From Macrostomum lignano (Eukaryota): a DNA stretch of 64,000 nt. The notes below the pieces were generated by a model. It made no database searches. It saw only the letters and a program-made list of their open reading frames with translations, and was not told the origin of the DNA. Each line of letters starts with the position of its first letter. The first letter of the stretch is position 1. The translations under genes and the position numbers were made by a program. The stretch lies in contig NIVC01000273.1 of assembly GCA_002269645.1 (NCBI GenBank), forward strand, positions 124,001-188,000, given 5' to 3'. Positions 10,195 to 18,898 of the stretch are shown here, piece by piece.

Positions 10195-13100
10195 TCTTCC
10201 CCCTCCGAATCGTAGAGGGGGCACTCCCCTATTCGAGCGTGAGGGGTAGCGTCCTGTGCCACCAGGGTGAGTCGGATGTGGCTCCGGTGTCGTGTCGAGT
10301 TCAGCGTTCGGCGCCAGGTCGGGCGCAACATCCGGTGCCGTCTCCGCTGCCTGTTCGGTGCGCGCGTCATCGTCACCGTCCGCGCTGTGCCGCTCAGCAG
10401 AGCCGCCGATCAGGCCAGCAGCAGCGTCACCGGCATGTCTTAGTAACGGAGCAGCGGCTTTGTTCTGTGCCTCCTCTGTGCTCGATTGACTCGCTTCGGT
10501 ATTGATCAACGGTCGGATCTGATCCTGATGCGCCAATGTGAGACGTCCGGATCCTCGTTGAATGAGGGCGGTATTCGAGCCCTTCTGCAGGAGAAACTCC
10601 GCCTTTTCAGGAGGCAGCCCGGCGGCGGGAACGTACCAGATGCCCGATCCGATCGGCGTGCGCATGGTAATGGGATTTCGCAGCTGCCGACCCATCAGCT
10701 CCGATGGGCTGTGCGGTCGTCCTGCATGCGGGATGCAGCGGTAGTTTAGTAGAAGCCTGGCCAAGAAGCTCTCATACGTTTCTCGACGATCCCAGCCCAG
10801 AGAGGCCTTCTTGATAGATTGAACCATTCGTTCCGCGATGCCGTTGGACTGAGGATGCAGTGGCGGGGTCTTGATAGGGCAGCAGCCGATTCTCTCAAGC
10901 CAGCCGGTCAGTTTAGCATCATGGAATTCTGCCGCGTTGTCGCTTACCAGCACTTCTGGGACTCCATTGCGAGAGAAAACGTCCTGGAGCACACGCTTAA
11001 CGGTTGCTGCGCTTCTATCTGGAACTCGCACGGCTTCTGGCCAGCCCGACATGGCGTCCACGAGAATCAGGATAAGACCGACTCCTTGCACGTGTGCGTG
11101 ATCCATATGAACGCGGCACCATGGACCGTTCTCTTGTGGCCCGCGGTGCACGGTGCTCTGACCTCTCGGATGAAGCCTGGCGCATGTTGGACAGGCACGG
11201 ACAAACATCTCAACATCACCACAGTAGCCTGGCCACCATGCTGAGTTGCGCAACTGAGTCCGGGTTGAATTTGCGCCCTGGTGACTGTCGTTGTGCACCA
11301 GCTCGAGTACTCGTCTCCGTAGCGAGGTTGGGATGACTGTCCGGTCCCCATAACAGATCACGCCCTCATCGATAGCGAGAGCATGACGAACAGCTTTGAA
11401 TGGGCGTTCAGCCGGAGAGCAGTTGGACCAGCAGTTTTTTTCGATGCGGGCCGCTATGTCAACCAGTAGGCGCTCTTTCAAGGTTTCATCGGCCAGTTCG
11501 CGCCAGGGAAGGACAGCTCCGCCTGTCCAGTGCACGATGCGTGCGTCCTCCTCGCTGGCTTCGGGTAGGCGCTCAGTCGACTCATTATCTGCGAAATTGA
11601 GACGTGAGAGCGCGTCTGCGTGTGGGATCTCACTGCCTTTTACGTACTCGATTCGAAAGTCGAAGCCCATCAGCCGTATCGCCCAACGCAGCAGGCGCGC
11701 ATTGGCAACCTTTGGGAGCTGCCGCCTCCTACCGAATAGAAATTCTAGGGGCCGGTGGTCTGTCCTCAAAGAAAAACAGGTCCCCAGCAGAAATTGGCGG
11801 GCTCGTTCCATGGCCCAGACAATCGCAAGGGCCTCTCGCTCTACGTTGGAGTATCTAGACTCAGCCTCACTCAATCTCCTGCTGAAGTACATCACAGGAT
11901 GTCCATCTTGGGTGAGAACCGCAGCAATAGCACGCTCACTGGCATCAGTGGTCAGCGTTGTTTCCTTTTTTCGATCGTAAGGACGGATAATGGGTCTGCT
12001 GGCTAGGAGTTCCTTCAGATGGTGAAACGCCCGATCCTGATCTGCACCCCAGATAAATTCAGTGTTCCTACCTCTTAGCTGATTCAACGGCTCAACGATG
12101 CTGGAATAGTTCTTCACGAATCTCCCGAAAAAGTTGCAAAGGCCTAAGAAGGACTCCAACTGGCGACGGTCCTTGGGCGCACTGATTGCCTGGATTCGCT
12201 CAACCAACCTTGGATCGGGAGAGACACCTGCAGCGCTGATCTTGTAGCCCAGGAAGCTGACCTCCGCGGCGCCCAGGTTGGACTTGTCCAAGTTGACGGT
12301 CATCCCGGCGGACGTCAGCGTTCCGATTGTCAGCCTGACCTTAGCGTCCAGTTCTGCTCGTGAGCGTCCACCAAGCAGGATGTCATCTTGGTAGACAACC
12401 TTTCCTTTTACCTCGGACAGCGTCGATTCCATGGCCTTTTGAAAAATAGCGGAGGCCGATTTGAGACCAGGAACAAGCCGGGTGTATCTGAACAGGCCCA
12501 ATGGCGTGGCCACCGTAGTAACCGGTCTGCTCGACTCTTCCAATATTATTTGCAAATAAGCGTCGGACAGATCAATAGTGGCGAAATAGGACATACCGGC
12601 AATGTCGGCGAAGATGGTTTCAACTGCCGGGATCGGGTAGGTGTCACCGCAGATTTGATGATTGACGCCGGCCTTGAAATCGGCACAGATTCGAACTCGC
12701 CCGTTAGGTTTCATGACACACACAATGGGGGAGGCCCACTCGCTCCCACCGGGGGGAACCGGTTCGATGATCCCCTCGGCTTCCATCCTTTTTAGCTCAG
12801 CATTCACGCTGTCTTGGAGGTGAATTGGCACGGCGCGAGCTGCACAATAGAAAGGCCTGGCTCCATCCACCAGCTTGATCTTGGCGTCGAATCCTCGTAG
12901 GTGCGGAAGTTGCTCCACAGCAGCGATCGAAGCTGATAGTGTCGTGATGGACGGGTTCTGGTCGAAGTTGAGATTGTCCATTCCCAAGAGTCCGTGGGAC
13001 TTTTGAGCGGCGGTGACAACCAAGTCTACTGTGTGAAACTGCGACTCTGTCTCCCATGTGGCTGTGAATTCACCTAGACACGTTATGATGGAACCATCGA

Positions 13101-14106
13101 ACTGGCGCAGAATTCGTCTGGTCTTGCGGAGCGGAGGACGGCCGAGCAGCTCCCAGTGGTTGCTGGGGATGAGACTTATCTCTGCACCTGTGTCAAGCTG
13201 CATCCGGAGCGGCCGACCGTTGATGCGAACTGACTGGAAAAGGCCCCTGTCACCAGCCCTTGGACTCACAATGAATATGTTGGATGCTCCACTGTGGGTG
13301 TCGCCTGCAGCCTTCTGTGGCTCCTGTTCGCTGACCTGGGGTTCAAGTGACTCTTGATGGACAGTCTTTGATCGGCAGACAGAGGCGAAGTGATTGCGCC
13401 TGTTGCAGCTCGCACACTTCTTTCCGTAGGCAGGGCAGCTTCCTTTTGCGTGACTACCCCCGCAGTATGAGCACTTTGATGAAGCATTGGACTTGGACTG
13501 ACGTCTGGCGAAGGCTATCTCCAGTTGCTGCGGTTGTGTCGGGGCCACACTGTACTCTTGTATTTTCTCGAGTTGTTCTAAGCTTTGCAGAATGTCGAGA
13601 AGCAGAACTTCAGCACCTTGAGTCCTTTCGAGCACCCTGCGTCTGTGCTCTGCCGTAGCCAGACCGTCAATCAAGCGCATCGTTATCATATCATCTTCGA
13701 TTGGTTGCTTCTTTCCTAGCTCCGCGAAGTCACAGCTAGCCGCCGCGGCACGAAGTCGTCGATAGTACGCAGCCGCCTTCTCGCCCTGCTCTTGCTTGAT
13801 ACCCAGAAACTTTATGCGTTCGGCTATGACAAGGCGCCGCTTGGGACGGATGGTGGCAGTTATCAGTTCTTTTATAGTTTCGAACTTCATGTCCTCCAGC
13901 AGTTTCGGTGCTGCGGCTAGCGAGAGAGTTCTGATTGCTGAAAGGCCAGCTGTGGCGAGAAAGAGATCTGTGACGTCCCGAGCTGTCTCCAAGTCACTCA
14001 GTTTCTTTATCCGAGCATTGGCAGCAAAGCTCAGAATCCAGGCTTCCGCTTGGTCCGGGTCGTCAAGATTCAGCTGTGTCTCCTTGCATCCTGCTTGCGA
14101 CGCCAT
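10192..14106 (-). CDS. gag-pol: Gag-Pol polyprotein, 1304 aa
   Basis: CCHC knuckles (CSYCGGSH...C, CASCNRRNHFASVC), protease LDTGA, RT YQDD, RNase H TDAS/EREALA/TDH, integrase HH-CC plus D-D-E (LVDA, SDNA, AERM). Domain order PR-RT-RH-IN. Confidence 0.97.
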   Translation of the reverse strand: MASQAGCKETQLNLDDPDQAEAWILSFAANARIKKLSDLETARDVTDLFLATAGLSAIRTLSLAAAPKLLEDMKFETIKELITATIRPKRRLVIAERIKFLGIKQEQGEKAAAYYRRLRAAAASCDFAELGKKQPIEDDMITMRLIDGLATAEHRRRVLERTQGAEVLLLDILQSLEQLEKIQEYSVAPTQPQQLEIAFARRQSKSNASSKCSYCGGSHAKGSCPAYGKKCASCNRRNHFASVCRSKTVHQESLEPQVSEQEPQKAAGDTHSGASNIFIVSPRAGDRGLFQSVRINGRPLRMQLDTGAEISLIPSNHWELLGRPPLRKTRRILRQFDGSIITCLGEFTATWETESQFHTVDLVVTAAQKSHGLLGMDNLNFDQNPSITTLSASIAAVEQLPHLRGFDAKIKLVDGARPFYCAARAVPIHLQDSVNAELKRMEAEGIIEPVPPGGSEWASPIVCVMKPNGRVRICADFKAGVNHQICGDTYPIPAVETIFADIAGMSYFATIDLSDAYLQIILEESSRPVTTVATPLGLFRYTRLVPGLKSASAIFQKAMESTLSEVKGKVVYQDDILLGGRSRAELDAKVRLTIGTLTSAGMTVNLDKSNLGAAEVSFLGYKISAAGVSPDPRLVERIQAISAPKDRRQLESFLGLCNFFGRFVKNYSSIVEPLNQLRGRNTEFIWGADQDRAFHHLKELLASRPIIRPYDRKKETTLTTDASERAIAAVLTQDGHPVMYFSRRLSEAESRYSNVEREALAIVWAMERARQFLLGTCFSLRTDHRPLEFLFGRRRQLPKVANARLLRWAIRLMGFDFRIEYVKGSEIPHADALSRLNFADNESTERLPEASEEDARIVHWTGGAVLPWRELADETLKERLLVDIAARIEKNCWSNCSPAERPFKAVRHALAIDEGVICYGDRTVIPTSLRRRVLELVHNDSHQGANSTRTQLRNSAWWPGYCGDVEMFVRACPTCARLHPRGQSTVHRGPQENGPWCRVHMDHAHVQGVGLILILVDAMSGWPEAVRVPDRSAATVKRVLQDVFSRNGVPEVLVSDNAAEFHDAKLTGWLERIGCCPIKTPPLHPQSNGIAERMVQSIKKASLGWDRRETYESFLARLLLNYRCIPHAGRPHSPSELMGRQLRNPITMRTPIGSGIWYVPAAGLPPEKAEFLLQKGSNTALIQRGSGRLTLAHQDQIRPLINTEASQSSTEEAQNKAAAPLLRHAGDAAAGLIGGSAERHSADGDDDARTEQAAETAPDVAPDLAPNAELDTTPEPHPTHPGGTGRYPSRSNRGVPPLRFGGGR
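14089..14105 (-). promoter_or_regulatory. Primer-binding site TGGCGTCGCAAGCAGGA overlapping the gag-pol start codon
   Basis: Begins 1 nt after the 5' LTR. The complement ends in CCA and resembles a tRNA-Ser 3' end (tRNA identity is inference). Confidence 0.75.
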
Positions 14107-14391
14107 TGACGCGACGCAGACAAGGCTTGTTTAATTTGAACAATAATGCAGCGAACTGATATATTTGCTGAGTAAATATTACAACGAAGAAAAGCTAGAT
14201 TCAGTTATTTAAATACGTTTTGGTATAAAACGATATTTGAGTTATTGATAAAAGTTAGATTTGAAAGTACGCTATGTGCGCATTGATGTACGCATGAGTG
14301 GGATGGACGCTAGGCATGGTAAGCAGGGCACAAAGTGAGTCAGTTTAATATCTAGCCAGTCAATAGTCAGTGACAACCCCCCAACACGTCA
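14107..14391 (-). repeat. 5' LTR (285 bp)
   Basis: Near-identical to 9910-10194. Confidence 0.97.
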
Positions 14392-14763
14392 AATCCCATT
14401 AAATCCATCCATATTATCCCTGACAGAATCAGAGCATAACAGGTGTCCTACTTGCTCCGAAAACTTCGAACATAAATCCATTAAATCCATCCATATTATG
14501 CCTGAATCAGAGGGTCACACTTGTTCCGAAAACTTCGAACATAATCCTCCTAACCTATCCTCCTTCCTCCACGACAGAATCAGAGCATAACAAGTGTCCT
14601 ACATCATCCACTGACATCCACCCATAGCATCTTCGAAACAATCAGAAAATAATCTGCATTCTTCTCCCCACATTCAATCCGCAACGCGAAACCAGATCCC
14701 AAAGACTTTAAATCATCAGCGCAGGGTGCTCATCCTCCGAAAAAAATTAAATTCTCAATAAAA

Positions 14764-15009
14764 ATGCATCCAATCGTCTCTCCAGGTTCTTATTACAAAG
14801 CGCACGAGCTTAATTACAAGAGTAAGTACTGATGCAAACTAGAATGCAGTGATTACATGAGAAAATGGCACATTCATCTAGGCGTTTATATCAATGTCCC
14901 TAATATTAATCAAGCTCTCCAAAGACACTGGTTTCATAAGTATGGAGTAATCTACGTAAAAGATTACGACAGCTACTATAACTTCGCAGAAATCATTAAA
15001 CAATTGTGA
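14764..15009 (+). pseudogene. Paralog of the 79-aa ORF at 51831-52070, with an internal stop
   Basis: MHPIVSPGSYY...KY*CKLECSDYMRK...KDYDSYYNFAEIIKQL; TGA at 14830-14832 where the other copy has CGA. Confidence 0.8.
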
Positions 15010-15013
15010 TTTC

Positions 15014-15880
15014 TCACATTCTCTCAATGATTAACGTCAATACAAACTCTTCACCATTGAAATCAACACCCACCCCATCTTCAGTCTCAAACTGTAGCAC
15101 AATCTCGTGAATCTCCTTATTACTCAATACAACTCTTTTCACTGGATTTGGTTTCTCTACCAACATCTGTCCTCCAGCAACAGAGTTGGAGATGTTGTAC
15201 AAAATATTCGTTCGCTTTCCCTTAAATACCCAATCAAGACTGAGATTGCTTCTGATTAGAATATTCAAACCCTTTACAATGTCTGCTATATTGGGTGCTA
15301 AGAACAAACCGCTTACATTTTCCCGGGCCATGCTAACGGCCCCCGACGTTTGAGTGGCGGTCCGCGCTGTGGATTCTGCCTTATAAACTTTCTTCTCAAA
15401 TCCCAATTCCCTATACCAAGTGTCATCTTTAAACTCAACCTCCGCATCTTTGTGAACTTGCATGACCACTCTCATTACAGTGAGATCATAGGCTAGTTTG
15501 ACAGGGAACAATTCTGGCTTAATCAGATCAGATGCCTCAAAATGGCCTCTTTTAGTAAAGACGTTTTCTAGAAAGTAATTGTGGGTATCCACACTTTGCG
15601 TGCTCACAGGGAATACCACAGGTTCTGCTGCTGCACCTTTCCATTTGTAATAAAACTTATTATTTGCTGCCATCACATTGGGAACGTTTGACCAACCAGT
15701 GAAGTCGTTAAGATAGACATGGTAATTAGCACCTGGATCCAGGCGAATCGCCTGCTCTAATTTTTGAATAAATATCCCGTTTGAGTCATTAATTCGCCCA
15801 GTTATTGTAATAGGAATGCTCTCCTTAGAGTGAGAAATAATATTATTTAGTCTTTCAGCAATCGCTTCCATTTTTTTCAC
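15014..15880 (-). CDS. Maverick minor capsid protein (penton-like), 288 aa
   Basis: Directly downstream of the MCP. N-terminal ...SNVPNVMAANNKFYY and C-terminal ILY...EKPNP...IHEI...DFNGEEFVLTL pattern, shared with 48165-48909. Confidence 0.8.
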   Translation of the reverse strand: MKKMEAIAERLNNIISHSKESIPITITGRINDSNGIFIQKLEQAIRLDPGANYHVYLNDFTGWSNVPNVMAANNKFYYKWKGAAAEPVVFPVSTQSVDTHNYFLENVFTKRGHFEASDLIKPELFPVKLAYDLTVMRVVMQVHKDAEVEFKDDTWYRELGFEKKVYKAESTARTATQTSGAVSMARENVSGLFLAPNIADIVKGLNILIRSNLSLDWVFKGKRTNILYNISNSVAGGQMLVEKPNPVKRVVLSNKEIHEIVLQFETEDGVGVDFNGEEFVLTLIIERM

Positions 15881-15893
15881 CCAAAAAAAATAT

Positions 15894-17181
15894 TTAAACT
15901 TTACTGGATGAATTGTTGATCATGTTAAGCTTCACCTTCCTCTCAAATGCATAGATAATGTACAGGTCCACGGGTGTTGCGACAGTCCTTTCAATGTTAG
16001 TCACGATATTCACAGGGCTGTTATCAGTAGGCATTTGTCTGGCAGACACATCAGCGCCAAACATCGGATATAGAGTTCCATATTGAAGAGCAGTGATAGC
16101 AATTCCATTGTTCTCTTTCACAGCCAAGTCGACCAACTCGCTGTAAAATTTGCTAATCTTGTTCTGACTGAAATCTCCATTTTGTGGCAGTGCAGGGTAA
16201 AGATTATCACTGATTTCATGCTGAATGGACCGCACGTCTCCATGCATGTAGCGTATAATGCTATTTGGGTTTCTCATGTTAATAATAATATACCTTGGAT
16301 TGCTGCATGATCCCTCTTTAATGCAGATGTTTGTTCTAGTTTCGTTTCGCTCATCTCGACACATGTAGGCCGTTGTATGCAACATCAATGTCCTTCTCTA
16401 TTGCCTTGAGATAATCCGCTTTTAGTGCGGTCTTTGGCTCAATGACTTCCAAATACAGCTCGATTCCGGTTAGCTTCACAGCCATCCCAGTGTGGTCCGC
16501 CCCAGTCCACAACACTCTACTGCGATCATCTCTAGTCATCCTAAAGGTGTAGCTAAAGTTACTAGTCAGTCGATTAAATGTATTACAGAATCCACTCATG
16601 AATCTCAATGGTACAAATACATCAACAGACCGATACAGCGGGTTCTTAGCAGCATCATCAGCACCTTGCAATGCATAGTTGTATCTCTTCTTCCTATTTT
16701 TATAGCCACTGTCATTGATATCTCCTTCTTTTTCATCTGCAATAAAACCCGCACCACTTCCCAACTGAATAAAATCAGGATTCTCGATCAAACAATGAGC
16801 GTCATAGACAATTCCAAAGTTGGCGATTCGCTCCAACTCAGTGCTCCCATTCGATACACTAAACTCCTTGAACATGTACGCCCAAAAGTTACTGATCAGA
16901 GCCACATCCGCATCATGCTTGTCAACGTTAGCGCGAGCCGCATCCGCACCACCCTTTGTCTTGAATTGAAATTTCATATGGAAGCCGCTCTTAAGACTGT
17001 GCACACTAACCAAAGACGAACATCCATTGTATGTAAATGTCTGTGTTTGACCAGGACCAAGATTAGTTTCATTCTGATTTTCCTGACTGGGAACTCTTAC
17101 CTGAGTCGCTTTGATTGTGCTATCATCACTCAAAATAGGCTTGTTAATTTTGTAGAAAACTGGTGTCAGTGGGTCGTTCAT
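15894..17181 (-). pseudogene. Maverick major capsid protein (M4 family) broken by a 1-bp insertion near 16372
   Basis: VFVPLRFMSGFC, FRMTR, IELYL, YPMFGADVS. The copy at 63.3-64 kb reads GCATACACGG in frame where this copy has GCATACAACGG. Confidence 0.85.
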
Positions 17182-17308
17182 TTTTTAACTAAAAATAAAA
17201 TAAAATAAGAAATGAAGCGAAAAAGTACACAGCAGATATCTGAATTTGAGAAGCTAGCACAACATTTCCTGCAACTCATGTGAGCTCGGTGGCTTAAAAC
17301 GTCACAAA

Positions 17309-18163
17309 ATGAAAAGCAGCTGCAATGTCAGTCGCTGGATGCTTTGCCACGAGTGCCAGACGCGTGAGCTCTTTAATGTGCGCCAGCAAGTTCGAGCTCA
17401 TAAAAACCACATCATTATTAACTGGAGCTCACCTGGAGATTTAAAAAAAGCCCGCTTTGCTGCCTTGGAGGCTGCCCAGCGTCAAGAGCAGCTCAACATT
17501 ATCGAGCGCAGTCGAGCACCGGTCAGCGCACTCAGCCAGACAATTCAGGGCGTCTTTCAGCAGCCTGATGAAGATTTTCAGCACGCTACCGACGCAAACT
17601 TTGATCTGCTTGCCGCTGCACTTGCCGCTGTGGAGCAGAAATCAGATTTTTTTGGTTCAACCGCTGCGCCAGCTGCTGATGCCGGCCTCCCAGCTGACGG
17701 TGCCGGCCTTCCAACTACTGATGCCGGCCTCCCAGCTGACGGTGCCGGCCTTCCAACTACTGATGCCGGCCTCCCAGCTGACGGTGCCGGCCTTCCAACT
17801 ACTGATTCCGGCCACCCGGCTGACGATTCCACTGGTTTTGCAGCTCCTTCGGAGTTGGATACTGCCTTCTTCGAGGATATCGAGTTGGAGCCTGTTGAGC
17901 TGGCAAATGAAGAAGCTGAGCAGCAACAGATGCCACCCTACAGGCCTGTTCCAGTCGCAGGAAAAAATATGGAGCAAGCCAGAATGATGGCAGAAGCAAG
18001 CCTATCCGATCTCCTGCGAGAATTCGAACCTCCTACTCCACCGGCCGCACCAGAAATCCAAGCCGGTGACATCCCAGTCGTAGAAGCCATGCCACCGATG
18101 CCACCGTCAGTCTGCATTCAGCTGGTACTACCGAGCAGAGTCGAGGGGCGAGTATTTTATTGA
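17309..18163 (+). CDS. Hypothetical low-complexity acidic/Pro-rich protein with three 42-bp repeats (DAGLPADGAGLPTT)
   Basis: 284-aa open frame upstream of the M2 polB; no family recognised. Confidence 0.45.
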   Translation: MKSSCNVSRWMLCHECQTRELFNVRQQVRAHKNHIIINWSSPGDLKKARFAALEAAQRQEQLNIIERSRAPVSALSQTIQGVFQQPDEDFQHATDANFDLLAAALAAVEQKSDFFGSTAAPAADAGLPADGAGLPTTDAGLPADGAGLPTTDAGLPADGAGLPTTDSGHPADDSTGFAAPSELDTAFFEDIELEPVELANEEAEQQQMPPYRPVPVAGKNMEQARMMAEASLSDLLREFEPPTPPAAPEIQAGDIPVVEAMPPMPPSVCIQLVLPSRVEGRVFY

Positions 18164-18898
18164 CCTTGGGGGAGGAACTCGCATTCGCTTAAGTAGCTCT
18201 TAAAGTGTCCCAGTTCAAAGTATTTAAAAGTAGGGGAAACGAGATTTGTAGATTTTTAGGAAAAAACCAATGCATTCTACCCTGCATAAATATTAACTAA
18301 TTACGTTGCACCTCATCGTGCTCATACAGGTTTCTCATTAATATCCTAAACAAAGTGAAAAAGAAAATCATTTGGGCTTACTATTTAAACTTATTATTAT
18401 AATAAAGCTTTAATAAGCAGCTTTAATTAGTAGGGTGACTAACGAGCATGATTTTTGCATTGCGAAATGCTTTACCAGAAATATAATGGATTGATGGTTG
18501 CTTTTAATGAAAGCTTTTGCACTTTCTTGGACTTTGTTGAATTCATTACTTGTTTTTTTTTCAATCATGAATATCTTCGAAGAAGTTATAGGTTCACTCG
18601 CTTATAGAATTACCGTTAGGTTCACAGCATCTACTCAACTCTATGAGTATAATATGGGATTGATGATCTATGATACCCAATGTTTAGAATGACATGAATT
18701 TGGTTTGTCAAGCATGACTTTGGTTAGATTCAATTTCTGCTCCATAGAGCTCTGAATGCTGGAAATTTATCACTCCACTACATCTCTGACAGAATTGCTC
18801 TTGGGTTAAATTTATCAAACATCACTTTTACACTGGAATTTCAGCAGCATTGAGTTCTTCACTGAATGTCGCTCTATTTCTAATATTAATTCTCTGCA

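Larger units (their letters stand above)
9910..14391 (-). mobile_element. Full-length Ty3/gypsy LTR retrotransposon (Mag-like), 4482 bp
   Basis: Two 285-bp TG...CA LTRs; 5-bp TSD AATCC (9905-9909 and 14392-14396); single intact gag-pol ORF. Confidence 0.97.
9828..14760. repeat. Degenerate ~82-bp repeat array (CATAATCCCATTAAATCCATCCATATTATCCCTGACAGAATC core), split by the LTR element
   Basis: 9773-9909 joined to 14397-15009 is colinear with 51371-52070. Confidence 0.8.

Noticed and set aside
10170-14134. Numerous short ORFs overlapping gag-pol
   Set aside because: Shadow frames of GC-rich coding DNA, with no motifs.
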